From the NCBI RefSeq assembly GCF_035481145.1, contig NZ_DATIHB010000008.1, forward strand, positions 4,246 through 68,245: a stretch of DNA of 64,000 bases. Reading direction: 5' to 3'. The position numbers were made by a program, and so were the translations under genes. The stretch's first letter is position 1. The number at the start of each line of letters is the position of its first letter. Shown here in pieces: positions 1-8,698 of this stretch. The notes beneath the pieces are model-generated. The model was given only the letters and a program-made list of their open reading frames with translations. It was not told where the DNA came from and did not search any database. This stretch comes from Nocardioides sp. (GTDB lineage: Bacteria > Actinomycetota > Actinomycetes > Propionibacteriales > Nocardioidaceae).

Positions 1-1
1 C

Positions 2-901
2 GTCCAGCCGGGCCTGACCAGCCACGACCGCCTCGGACACCTGCGGGGCGACGCGAGCCGCCTCGACGCTCTCTGGGCTGACCCTGCGACACGCGTCCTG
101 CCGGTCAGCGGCGGCTGGATGCTGGCGCGCGACGACGCTCCGGCCTGGCTCTCCCCGTCAGACGCCGCTGACCTGGTCGGCGAGGGCACGCGGATCCTGC
201 TCGGTGAGCACGACGGAGCCCACCACTTCGCGCTGCACGTCGCCCGCCGGGGCGACGACGTCACGTGGGCGGGCATGCGTGAGCTCGGTCGGCACTTCGT
301 CCAGGACGGCTGGGACACCCGGCTCGTCTTCCACGCGCTCGGCATGTCCGAGTGGCTGACCCGCACCCGCTTCTGCCCGCGCTGCGGGGGTTCGCTCGTC
401 CCGGAGCTGGCCGGTCACGTCCTGCGCTGCGCGGACTGCTCACGCGAGCACTTCCCGCGGATCGAGCCCGCGGTGATCATGCTGATCACGCATGGCGAGC
501 CGGGGTCAGCGGAGGAGAGGTGCCTCCTCGGCAGCGGGCACCAGTGGGGCCCGACCCGCTTCTCGACGCTGGCGGGCTTCACCGAGCCGGGGGAGTCGCT
601 GGAGGACTCCGTGCGCCGCGAGGTGCGTGAGGAAGCAGGTGTCGTCGTCGGCGAGGTGACCTGGTTCGGCAGCCAGGCCTGGCCGTTCCCGAGCTCGCTC
701 ATGCTCGGCTTCTTCGGACGGGCGCTCTCGACCGAGATCGACGTGGACCCCGTCGAGCTCGCCGACGCCCGGTGGTTCACGCGCGCCGAGCTCGAGGCAC
801 AGACCGAGAGCGGCGAGATCGCCCTGCCGGGCCGCGGCATCTCCATCTCGCGCACCCTGATCGAGCACTGGTACGGCGGGGAGCTCCCGGGCCACTGGTG
901 A
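2..901 (+). CDS. nudC: NAD(+)/NADH diphosphatase NudC (5' truncated by window edge)
   Basis: Zn ribbon CPRC...CADC, Nudix box GFTEPGESLEDSVRREVREEAGV and SQAWPFPSSLM signature; the frame is open from position 2. Confidence 0.93.
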   Translation, partial: VQPGLTSHDRLGHLRGDASRLDALWADPATRVLPVSGGWMLARDDAPAWLSPSDAADLVGEGTRILLGEHDGAHHFALHVARRGDDVTWAGMRELGRHFVQDGWDTRLVFHALGMSEWLTRTRFCPRCGGSLVPELAGHVLRCADCSREHFPRIEPAVIMLITHGEPGSAEERCLLGSGHQWGPTRFSTLAGFTEPGESLEDSVRREVREEAGVVVGEVTWFGSQAWPFPSSLMLGFFGRALSTEIDVDPVELADARWFTRAELEAQTESGEIALPGRGISISRTLIEHWYGGELPGHW

Positions 902-924
902 GTCGCGGCCCGGAGCCGCTGTGC

Positions 925-1170
925 TCAGCCGAGCGACGCGAGCTTGGACTTCACCTGGGCGAGGGAGGGGTTCGTCTGCGCCGAGCCATCGGCGTACACC
1001 AGGGTCGGGACGGTCTGGTTGCCTCCGTTGACCTGCATCACGATGACCGCGGCGTCCTCGTTCCTCTCGATGTCGACGACCTCGTAGGCGATGCCCTCGC
1101 GGTCGAGCTGGCTCTTCAGGCGGTGGCAGTAGCCACACCACTGGGTGCTGTACATCGTGACGGCGCTCAT
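925..1170 (-). CDS. mrx1: Mycoredoxin Mrx1 (glutaredoxin-like)
   Basis: WCGYC active site and GNQTVPT motif; usual position between nudC and uvrD2. Confidence 0.92.
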   Translation of the reverse strand: MSAVTMYSTQWCGYCHRLKSQLDREGIAYEVVDIERNEDAAVIVMQVNGGNQTVPTLVYADGSAQTNPSLAQVKSKLASLG

Positions 1171-1179
1171 GCGGTGCCC

Positions 1180-1205
1180 AACGGAGCGTCACCGTTCTGC
1201 ATTCC
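1180..1205 (-). promoter_or_regulatory. SigR/SigH-type promoter of mrx1
   Basis: Minus strand GGAAT-N18-GTT (GGAAT gcagaacggtgacgctcc GTT) ending 9 nt before the ATG; matches the thiol-stress ECF consensus. Confidence 0.8.
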
Positions 1206-1234
1206 CGCCTGCGGGCCCGGCGTACGGTGTCGCC

Positions 1235-1537
1235 GTGGTGAAGCCGAAGCGTTGGAGTCCGGGACACCGGCCACGGTCACGTCTGGCGGACAGCCACGTG
1301 GCCCGTACGACGTCGCGCGCGGCGGCGCTCGGCCTGTGGGCCTGGATGGTCGCCTCGGTCCCGCTCGCGTTCTTCCTCGTGCTCGTGGTGCTCGACCTGC
1401 CGCTGTGCACGCGTTCGTCGTGCGACGGAGGCCGCGCGGCGCTCGGGTCACTGCTGGTCACTGGTCTCGCCGTCCTCCTCGCCGTCGGTGTCCCGCTCGC
1501 GTGGTGGCGCGTACGACGTGTCGGTGGCCGCCTCTAG
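1235..1537 (+). CDS. Small two-TM membrane protein (start uncertain)
   Basis: Two hydrophobic segments around a C-x4-C loop, basic C-terminus; fills the gap before uvrD2. Confidence 0.5.
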   Translation: MVKPKRWSPGHRPRSRLADSHVARTTSRAAALGLWAWMVASVPLAFFLVLVVLDLPLCTRSSCDGGRAALGSLLVTGLAVLLAVGVPLAWWRVRRVGGRL

Positions 1538-1547
1538 TCTTGCCGCC

Positions 1548-3599
1548 ATGCTTCGACCCGACCTCCGTGGCGACCTGCTCGCCGGACTCGACCCCGAGCA
1601 GAGGCGCGTGGCTGAGGCGCTGCGGGGCCCGGTGCAGGTGCTCGCGGGTGCCGGCACGGGCAAGACCCGCGCGATCACGCACCGCATCGCCCATGGCGTC
1701 GCCGAGGGGGTCTACCAGCCGACCGAGGTCCTGGCGGTCACGTTCACCACACGCGCGGCGGGGGAGATGCGCACACGGCTGCGCGAGCTGGGCGCGCCCG
1801 GCGTGCAGGCGCGCACGTTCCACGCGGCCGCCCTGCGCCAGTTGCGCTACTTCTGGCCCGCGATCCACGGCACCGAGCTGCCCCAGCTGACCGAGTCCAA
1901 GCTCGGATTGATGGCGCAGGCGGTCCGCCGGTTGCGCATCGGCACCGACCAGGGGCTCCTGCGCGACCTCGCCAGCGAGATCGAGTGGGCGAAGGTCAGC
2001 AACGTCAGCCCCGACGACTACGTCGTCGTCGCGCCCGCCCGGGGCCGCGAGGTCAACGGTGCCGACGCGGCGACGGTCGCGCGGGCCTATGCCTCCTACG
2101 AGGACGTGAAGCGCTCGTCGGGCCGGATGGACATGGAGGACGTCCTCCTGCTCACCGCGGGGCTGCTGGCCGACGACGAGCGGGTCGCCGCGCAGGTGCG
2201 GCGGCAGTACAAGTTCTTCGTCGTCGACGAGTTCCAGGACGTCTCGCCGCTGCAGTCGACCCTGCTCGACCTGTGGCTCGGCGGCCGTGACGAGCTCTGC
2301 GTCGTCGGTGACCCAGCCCAGACGATCTACAGCTTCGCGGGCGCCGACGCCGACTTCCTGCGTCACTTTCCCCAGCGGTTCCCGGGCACGACCAAGGTCG
2401 AGCTTGTCCGCAACTACCGCTCCACCCCGGAGGTCGTCGCGGCTGCCAACGGGCTCCTCGCCGGCACCAGCTCGCGTGGAGTCGACCTCCGTGCGCAGCG
2501 ACCGTCCGGCGCCAGCGTCCGCTACCTGGAGTACGACGACGAGGTCGCCGAGGCCGAGGCGGTTGCGGCCGAGATCGCGTCGCTCGTCGCCGGGGGCACG
2601 CCCGTCAGCGAGATCGCGATCCTCTTCCGCATCAACGCGCAGTCGGAGGCGTTCGAAGACGCGCTCGCCGCGCGCAACGTGCCGTACGTGATCCGTGGTG
2701 CTGCGCGGTTCTTCGACCGCCAGGAGGTGCGCCAGGCGATCACCCTGCTGCGTGGCACCGCGCGGTCGCAGGGCGATCCCGACGACCTCGTCGACGCCGT
2801 CAAGGGCACCCTCTCGGGTCTGGGGTGGGCCCCCGAGCCGCCCACCGCACGCGGCAGCGCCCGCGATCGCTGGGAGTCGCTTCAGGCGCTCGTCTCCCAG
2901 GCCGAGGCCTACGCCGTCGAGCACCCGGGCCGCCTCGGGGCCTTCGTCGACGATCTCGACCGCCGTGCCAGCGAGCAGCATGCGCCGGTCGCCGGCGGCG
3001 TGACCCTCGCGACGATGCACGCCGCCAAGGGTCTGGAGTGGGATGCCGTCTTCGTCTGCGGTGTCCAGGAGGGCTCGCTGCCGATCACGTTCGCGAAGAC
3101 GCCCACCGAGATCGAGGAGGAGCGCCGGCTGCTCTACGTCGGCCTCACCCGCGCCAGGCTCCACCTCCGGGTCAGCTGGGCTGCCGCGCGCAACCCCGGT
3201 CAGCGGCGCAGCAGGAAGCCCTCGCGCTTCCTCGACGGCCTCCGGCCGGAGGGCTCCTCGAACAGCGGTCGCCCCAGCGTCACCGGTGCCCGCCGCGCGC
3301 AGCACTGCCGCACATGCGGCAAGCCGCTCTCGAGCGCGGGCGAGCGCAAGACCGGGAGGTGCGAGGGCTGCCCCGCGGCCTACGACGAGGCGTTGTTCGA
3401 GCGCCTCAAGGTGTGGCGTCTCGAGCGTGCCGCCGAGGCCAAGGTGCCGGCGTACGTCGTCTTCACGGACAAGACGCTCGAGCTCATCGCCGAGCACCGG
3501 CCCGACGGCCCCGCAGCGTTGCTGCGCATCGCCGGCATCGGTGCCAAGAAGGTCGAGCAGTTCGGCGAGGACGTTCTCGCCATCGTCGCCGCTGACTGA
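1548..3599 (+). CDS. uvrD2: ATP-dependent DNA helicase UvrD2 with tetracysteine and HRDC domains
   Basis: Walker A AGAGTGKT, VDEFQD, HAAKGLEW, EEERRLLYVGLTRA, CRTC..CEGC, C-terminal HRDC (VPAYVVFTD). Confidence 0.95.
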   Translation: MLRPDLRGDLLAGLDPEQRRVAEALRGPVQVLAGAGTGKTRAITHRIAHGVAEGVYQPTEVLAVTFTTRAAGEMRTRLRELGAPGVQARTFHAAALRQLRYFWPAIHGTELPQLTESKLGLMAQAVRRLRIGTDQGLLRDLASEIEWAKVSNVSPDDYVVVAPARGREVNGADAATVARAYASYEDVKRSSGRMDMEDVLLLTAGLLADDERVAAQVRRQYKFFVVDEFQDVSPLQSTLLDLWLGGRDELCVVGDPAQTIYSFAGADADFLRHFPQRFPGTTKVELVRNYRSTPEVVAAANGLLAGTSSRGVDLRAQRPSGASVRYLEYDDEVAEAEAVAAEIASLVAGGTPVSEIAILFRINAQSEAFEDALAARNVPYVIRGAARFFDRQEVRQAITLLRGTARSQGDPDDLVDAVKGTLSGLGWAPEPPTARGSARDRWESLQALVSQAEAYAVEHPGRLGAFVDDLDRRASEQHAPVAGGVTLATMHAAKGLEWDAVFVCGVQEGSLPITFAKTPTEIEEERRLLYVGLTRARLHLRVSWAAARNPGQRRSRKPSRFLDGLRPEGSSNSGRPSVTGARRAQHCRTCGKPLSSAGERKTGRCEGCPAAYDEALFERLKVWRLERAAEAKVPAYVVFTDKTLELIAEHRPDGPAALLRIAGIGAKKVEQFGEDVLAIVAAD

Positions 3600-3649
3600 C
3601 CTCCTCGCCGAGCCATCGGCTGTTTGGCAGCATTTCGACGACATTCGTC

Positions 3650-3689
3650 AATAAATGGTTTGCCCCTTACAACTGAGACACGTTACGGT
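3650..3689 (+). promoter_or_regulatory. WhiB7-dependent (autoregulated) promoter
   Basis: AT-rich AATAAA just upstream of -35 TTGCCC (3660-3665), 18-bp spacer, -10 TACGGT (3684-3689); the layout known for whiB7/wblC promoters. Confidence 0.7.
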
Positions 3690-3758
3690 CGTCTGCAAGG
3701 CGACCGAAACGTCGCCGTCCCGCATCAAACCCGAGACACCCGAAGGAGGTGGACACCC

Positions 3759-3917
3759 ATGGAGATCACGACCCCGATCACGACGTGCGCTGTAAAGCCG
3801 CGTCGTCTCGCCATGCCGTCCGCCGCTGCCTTCGGTGGCGCGCGCGTCTGGCTCGTCGCCACGCGCAATGCCAAGCACGTCCCGGGTGTTCCGGTCTGGA
3901 GTCCACCGCACTGTTGA
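3759..3917 (+). CDS. whiB7 leader peptide (uORF, 52 aa)
   Basis: Strong RBS GAAGGAGG, ATG at 3759, stop about 20 nt before an intrinsic terminator preceding whiB7. Confidence 0.72.
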   Translation: MEITTPITTCAVKPRRLAMPSAAAFGGARVWLVATRNAKHVPGVPVWSPPHC

Positions 3918-3936
3918 GTCAGTGCCGGCGCTCTCC

Positions 3937-3982
3937 AGGCCGCGGAACCCGAAACCCGGGTTCCGCGGCCTTTCTCATTTTT
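3937..3982 (+). terminator. Attenuator/intrinsic terminator in the whiB7 leader
   Basis: Perfect 15-bp stem AGGCCGCGGAACCCG / CGGGTTCCGCGGCCT followed by a T-rich tract. Confidence 0.85.
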
Positions 3983-4029
3983 CAGACCATCCAGGACCTA
4001 CAGGTCCGCACCGCAGGAGGTGAACACAG

Positions 4030-4311
4030 ATGACCACCAGCGTTCTCGAGCGCAGCACCGCCCAGCTGGTCGACGACGAGTTCCCGTGTCACGTGAATGA
4101 CCCGGAGCTCTTCTTCGCCGAGCAGCCCGGCGATGTCGAGTACGCCAAGGCCCTCTGTCAGTCGTGCCCGATCCAGGCCGCCTGCCTGGCCGGTGCACTC
4201 GAGCGGCGCGAGCCGTGGGGCGTGTGGGGCGGTGAGCTCTTCCTCCAGGGAGTGGTCATCCCGCGCAAGCGCCCGCGCGGTCGTCCGCGCAAGGACGCGG
4301 TGGCCGCATGA
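4030..4311 (+). CDS. whiB7: WhiB7/WblC Fe-S transcriptional activator
   Basis: Four Cys, EPWGVWGGE turn and C-terminal AT-hook RPRGRPRK. Confidence 0.93.
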   Translation: MTTSVLERSTAQLVDDEFPCHVNDPELFFAEQPGDVEYAKALCQSCPIQAACLAGALERREPWGVWGGELFLQGVVIPRKRPRGRPRKDAVAA

Positions 4312-4361
4312 CCCCGGCCGCCACGTCCGTCCCCTCACCTGAAATCGATCGGAGCACCCAG

Positions 4362-4529
4362 ATGTACCTCCACAGCGAAGCACTGGCGCGCGAGCTCGTC
4401 GCCGCGCGCCTCGCCGAGGCCGAACGCGAGCGTCGCCGGCGCCTGCTGGCCAGCGCAGCCCGCCTGGGCCGCAAGGCCGAGCAGGCGGCGTACGACGCGC
4501 GTCTCGCCCTCGCCCGCGTCGGCGCGTGA
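4362..4529 (+). CDS. Small basic helical protein downstream of whiB7
   Basis: GGAG RBS, Arg/Ala-rich 55-aa ORF; an alternative start at 4308 overlaps the whiB7 stop. Confidence 0.6.
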   Translation: MYLHSEALARELVAARLAEAERERRRRLLASAARLGRKAEQAAYDARLALARVGA

Positions 4530-4546
4530 GCCCGGCGCCGGAGCCG

Positions 4547-5467
4547 TCACGCGGACCTGAGGTTGCTGCTGCAACCACAGGCTGCGTGGCGGCTCCACGT
4601 CTTTCGGGGGAGTGACAGAGCAGCATCGACCTCGATCGTCGTCGACCAGGTGGCCGGTTGCAGCACGTCTGCCCAGCGCGTGAGGTCACGGGCGAGGAGG
4701 GCGGTCGCGAGAGCGACCAGGTCGGCTGGCACCGCGGGCGGCAGGCCCCACAGCGGGCGGGAGACGCCTGCATACTGCTCGAGCACGAGCGCGTGCCGGG
4801 GGTCGACCTCCGCCACACGGGCATCGAGGCAGCGCTGGCACGCCGTCAGCCCCGGGTGCACGAACGGCCCGAGCCGGACCCGCCCCTCGCAGACCACGAG
4901 GAGCACGTGAGGGCGCTCGGCGATGACCAGCCCGTCGAGGAGCGTCCGCTCGGGCTCACCCTCGGTGAGCACGGCGACGACATCCGCCCGCCCCGGCCGC
5001 GTGACCGCCAGGCCGGCCGTTGTCAGGAGCGCCTCCAGGTGGGCCGCTGCCTCGCCGAGGCCGCCACCGTCGATGCCCACGCGCACGCCACTCCTGCGGG
5101 CGAGGCGGGCGCGTGCGTCGTCGCTGCCCTCCGCTACCAGCGCGGACCGTGCGGCGGCCGCGGCTCCGTCGAGACCGTGCAGCATCGAGCTCCAGACATC
5201 TGCGTCGACGACGAGACCGCACGCGAGGAGCAGGTCGCAGGCGTGGCGCGCTGCGGGCGAGAGGAGATCAGGCGGTGGCGGAGGATGGCCGTCGTCGAGC
5301 CCGCGCAGAAGCAGGTGCACGGCCGGGTCGTCAGGCAGCACCACCGCATGCTCGGCGGCAAGTCCCACCTGCAGCTCCGTCGCCGACCTCCGCACCACCC
5401 GTACGCCGGGGCGGAGCGCGGCGCGGGCGGGAAAGCCCGGGTGATGGGTGCTCGGCTGGTGCGGCAT
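4547..5467 (-). CDS. ThiF/E1-like 'TOMM leader peptide-binding' family protein (Rv3196-like)
   Basis: GPFVHPGLTACQRC motif, C-terminal RHAACGC, N-terminal LQVG motif. Confidence 0.72.
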   Translation of the reverse strand: MPHQPSTHHPGFPARAALRPGVRVVRRSATELQVGLAAEHAVVLPDDPAVHLLLRGLDDGHPPPPPDLLSPAARHACDLLLACGLVVDADVWSSMLHGLDGAAAAARSALVAEGSDDARARLARRSGVRVGIDGGGLGEAAAHLEALLTTAGLAVTRPGRADVVAVLTEGEPERTLLDGLVIAERPHVLLVVCEGRVRLGPFVHPGLTACQRCLDARVAEVDPRHALVLEQYAGVSRPLWGLPPAVPADLVALATALLARDLTRWADVLQPATWSTTIEVDAALSLPRKTWSRHAACGCSSNLRSA

Positions 5468-5531
5468 GTCCGCAGGCTGCCACGCGGCCGGGCTTGGCGG
5501 CGTACGTCCTCCACAGGCCCGGGAGACGACG

Positions 5532-5565
5532 CGACCCCCGGACCCGGTGAGGGGTCCAGGGGTCG
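5532..5565 (-). terminator. Hairpin downstream of the small zinc-ribbon gene
   Basis: Inverted repeat CGACCCCCGGACCC / GGGTCCAGGGGTCG. Confidence 0.55.
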
Positions 5566-5598
5566 GAGTCAGTGTGCGGCAGCTGCCGCGCGCCGGTC

Positions 5599-5757
5599 TC
5601 AGGCCTTGCCGAGGATCCGGTTCAGGTTGGTCGAGCACACGGGGCAGACGGCCTTGGCCATCTTGGTGCCCTTCTCGTTGACACGGATCTCGCCCGTGGC
5701 CTCGCGCTTCTCCTTGCACTTCACGCAGTAGAACTCGCCGCTCCAGGTCTCCGCCAT
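5599..5757 (-). CDS. DUF5679-like small zinc-ribbon protein (52 aa, absent from the ORF track)
   Basis: MAETWSGEFYCVKCKEKREATGEIRVNEKGTKMAKAVCPVCSTNLNRILGKA; two CxxC motifs; RBS AAGGAGG. Confidence 0.85.
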   Translation of the reverse strand: MAETWSGEFYCVKCKEKREATGEIRVNEKGTKMAKAVCPVCSTNLNRILGKA

Positions 5758-5911
5758 GACGGCCTCCTTGCCTATGTATTACTTGGTCGTCGCGACGGGG
5801 AGGGTGGGGAAGCCCGCCGGGATCGCACGCACAGTTTGTCCGCGCAACCACCGCGACCCTAGACCACGCGTGAGCGTGAACGTGGGAGGCGCCACGCCGT
5901 AGGGTGCCGCC

Positions 5912-6715
5912 ATGTCTTCCGCGCCTGAGAGCCTCGCCCACCTCCGGATCGAGCGGCCCGTCGACGGAGTCGCCCTGGTGACTCTCGACAACCCCGACCA
6001 GATGAACGCCATGTCGGACGAGATGACCCGCTCCTGGGCAGCGGCGATCGCCGACCTGAGGACCGACGCGAGCGTCCGCTGTGTCGTGGTCACGGGCGCC
6101 GGGCGTGCGTTCTCGGCGGGCGGCAACACCACGTGGCTGGCCGAGAGCGGCGCGCTGCCCACGCCGGCCTTGCGTGACCAGATGCTCGCCTTCTACCGGA
6201 CCTGGCTCGCCGTCCGCGACCTCGAGGTCCCCACGATCGCCGCCGTCAACGGTGCCGCGGTCGGTGCCGGCCTGGGCATCGCCCTCGCCTGCGACATCCG
6301 GTACGCCGCCGCGGGCGCGAAGCTGGGCGCCTCCTTCGTGAAGCTCGGGCTCCATCCCGGCATGGGCATCTCCTACCTCCTGCCCGAGGTGGTCGGCGAC
6401 GCCGCGGCACGCGACCTGCTGCTCACCGGCCGCCTGGTCGAGGCCGACGAGGCGCTCCGGCTCGGCCTCGTCTCGCGCGTCATCGAGCGTGACGGCTTCC
6501 TGGACGAGGTGCTCGCCACCGCCGCGCAGGTGGCCGCCAATGCGCCCCTCGCGACGCGCTACGCGAAGGTCACGCTGCGCCGCCAGCGCACCTCGCTCGA
6601 CGAGACCTTGCAGGTCGAGGCGCTGGCCCAGCCGATCACCTTCGGCACCGAGGACCTGCAGGAGGGCATCGCCGCAGTCCAGGCGCGGCGCTCGCCGACG
6701 TTCACGGGGAAGTAG
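5912..6715 (+). CDS. Enoyl-CoA hydratase/isomerase family protein
   Basis: AFSAGG, PTIAAVNGAAVGAG and LACDIR crotonase motifs. Confidence 0.9.
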   Translation: MSSAPESLAHLRIERPVDGVALVTLDNPDQMNAMSDEMTRSWAAAIADLRTDASVRCVVVTGAGRAFSAGGNTTWLAESGALPTPALRDQMLAFYRTWLAVRDLEVPTIAAVNGAAVGAGLGIALACDIRYAAAGAKLGASFVKLGLHPGMGISYLLPEVVGDAAARDLLLTGRLVEADEALRLGLVSRVIERDGFLDEVLATAAQVAANAPLATRYAKVTLRRQRTSLDETLQVEALAQPITFGTEDLQEGIAAVQARRSPTFTGK

Positions 6716-6857
6716 CGACAGATGCAGCGGAGGCCCCCGGGCCTCGCGCCATCGCGCCTGCCTTCCCCTTACCTGCGCGGCGGCGGAGCCCGGAGGCCTC
6801 GCATGGGTACGACGCTAGGAGCCGCCCACGGGTGGGTCAATGGCTCGTGGCCGATCG

Positions 6858-7012
6858 CTACGCACAGCCTGTGGACAAGGATGTGGAGAAGCTGTTGAAC
6901 GGGTGCGGTTGACTGTGGAACGTCTCGGGACGAGCCTGTGGGCGACACGCCCGGAAGGCGATGCACGTGCCGGGGTGACCAGCGGGAACCTCATTCCCCA
7001 GCCTGTGGAGGA
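6858..7012. promoter_or_regulatory. Cluster of DnaA-box-like 9-mers
   Basis: TGTGGACAA 6870, TGTGGAGAA 6882, TGTTGAACG 6893, TGTGGAACG 6914, TGTGGGCGA 6937, TGTGGAGGA 7004, with inverted partners giving CACA-GCC-TGTGG and CCCA-GCC-TGTGG pairs. Confidence 0.55.
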
Positions 7013-7018
7013 GAAGAA

Positions 7019-8071
7019 GTGAGCGCACCCGAGCCCTGGTCGGGCGGTCCGGTCGCGGCGCTCCGCCGGATCGCGTTCCTGCTCGAGCGGGGTCGCGAGG
7101 ACACCTACAAGGTGAAGGCGTTCCGCTCGGCGGCTGCCACGCTGCTCCCGCTGCCTGCCGACGAGGTGGCGGCGATGGTGGCGGCCGGCACGCTGACGAG
7201 GCTGTCCGGGGTCGGGCCGGCCTCCGCCAAGGTGATCGAGCAGGCGGTCCGCGGCGAGAAGCCCGACCGCCTCGTCGACCTCGAGGAGCGGCACGGTGGC
7301 CCGCTGGTCAGCGGGGGAGAGGCGCTCATGGCGCAGGTCCGCGGTGACCTGCACAGCCACTCCGACTGGTCCGACGGTGGCTCACCGATCGAGGAGATGG
7401 CGATCACCGCCATGGAGCTCGGCCGGGAGTACCAGGTGCTCACCGATCACTCACCCCGCCTGACCATCGCGAACGGGCTCTCTGCGGAGCGGCTGGCACG
7501 CCAGTTGGACGTGGTCGATGCGGTCAACGCCCACCTCGGCGGCGCCTTCACGCTGCTCAAGGGGATCGAGGTCGACATCCTCGACAACGGCGCGCTCGAC
7601 CAGACCGACGAGATGCTCGCACGCCTCGACGTACGCGTCGCCAGCGTGCACTCCAAGCTGGCCATGGACCGCGACGCGATGACCCGGCGCCTGGTCAATG
7701 CGGTGCGCAATCCGTTCACGAACGTGCTCGGCCACTGCACGGGGCGGCTGGTCACGGGCGGCCGCGGGACGCGTCCGCAGTCGCAGTTCGATGCTCGAGC
7801 GGTCTTCGAGGCGTGCGCCGAGCACGGCGTCGCCGTCGAGATCAACGCGCGCCCCGAACGGCGTGACCCGCCCACGAAGCTCCTCGAGCTGGCCAGCGAG
7901 ATCGGGTGCGTGTTCTCCATCGACTCCGACGCCCACGCACCCGGGCAGCTCGACTTCCTCGCGTACGGCGCCGCTCGCGCCGAGGCCGCCGGCATCGACC
8001 CGGACCGCATCGTGACGACCTGGCCACTCGCACGGCTGCTGGAGTGGGCTGCGCCACGTTCGGGCGTCTGA
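7019..8071 (+). CDS. PHP domain protein with PolX-like N-terminal HhH domain
   Basis: YKVKAFRSAA and GVGP HhH; PHP motifs DLHSHS, TDHS, SVH, GHC, DSDAH. Confidence 0.88.
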   Translation: MSAPEPWSGGPVAALRRIAFLLERGREDTYKVKAFRSAAATLLPLPADEVAAMVAAGTLTRLSGVGPASAKVIEQAVRGEKPDRLVDLEERHGGPLVSGGEALMAQVRGDLHSHSDWSDGGSPIEEMAITAMELGREYQVLTDHSPRLTIANGLSAERLARQLDVVDAVNAHLGGAFTLLKGIEVDILDNGALDQTDEMLARLDVRVASVHSKLAMDRDAMTRRLVNAVRNPFTNVLGHCTGRLVTGGRGTRPQSQFDARAVFEACAEHGVAVEINARPERRDPPTKLLELASEIGCVFSIDSDAHAPGQLDFLAYGAARAEAAGIDPDRIVTTWPLARLLEWAAPRSGV

Positions 8072-8089
8072 CCGCTACGGTGCCTGTCC

Positions 8090-8611
8090 ATGGGGACTCC
8101 GGAGGTCGAGGTACGCCGCTCCAAGCAGCGGCGTCGCACGATCCAGGCGCGCCTCGAGGGTGACCGGATCATCGTGATGATCCCCGCGGCGTACACGAAG
8201 GCCCAGGAGCGCAACGCCGTCGAGCAGATGGTGGCGAAGCTCCTCGCGCGCGCCCCACGGCGCCGTCCGACCGACGACGAGCTGATGAAGCGTGCGAAGC
8301 AGCTCTCCGATGCCTACCTCGGCGGTCTCGCCCGCCCCGAGTCGGTGCGCTGGGTCAGCAACCAGCGCTCCCGGTGGGGTTCGTGCACTCCGGGTGAGCG
8401 CACGATCCGTCTCTCCGAGCGACTGCAGGGCATGCCGGGCTGGGTGGTCGACTACGTCCTCGTCCACGAGCTCGCGCACCTCATCGAGCCCAGCCACAGC
8501 GACGAGTTCTGGGCGTGGGTGCACAACTTCCCCCAGGCCGAGAAGGCCAAGGGCTACCTCGAGGGCTACTCCGCCGGCGCCCGCCTGGAGCCCACGCACG
8601 ACGCGGACTGA
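8090..8611 (+). CDS. M48/YgjP (DUF45) family metallohydrolase
   Basis: RWGSC and DYVLVHELAHL...HS.EFW. Confidence 0.88.
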   Translation: MGTPEVEVRRSKQRRRTIQARLEGDRIIVMIPAAYTKAQERNAVEQMVAKLLARAPRRRPTDDELMKRAKQLSDAYLGGLARPESVRWVSNQRSRWGSCTPGERTIRLSERLQGMPGWVVDYVLVHELAHLIEPSHSDEFWAWVHNFPQAEKAKGYLEGYSAGARLEPTHDAD

Positions 8612-8698
8612 CCCGCACGCCCGCCGGCCCGCTGAGCCCGGGGCTGCCCCTGTGGAGGGCCGGTCGCGTCCCGGCGTACGCCGCGGCACGGTGGTCGC

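Noticed and set aside
1458-3644. Long antisense and alternate-frame ORFs (also 25814-27616, 43309-44952, 51257-53704 and others)
   Set aside because: Shadow ORFs typical of high-GC DNA; they overlap well-supported genes and carry no motifs.
4547-5757. ThiF-like 'TOMM leader-binding' gene plus upstream Cys-containing small ORF as a RiPP cluster
   Set aside because: No YcaO, dehydrogenase or transporter nearby. The small ORF is a CxxC zinc ribbon with its own terminator, and the ThiF-like gene occupies a conserved housekeeping position near whiB7.
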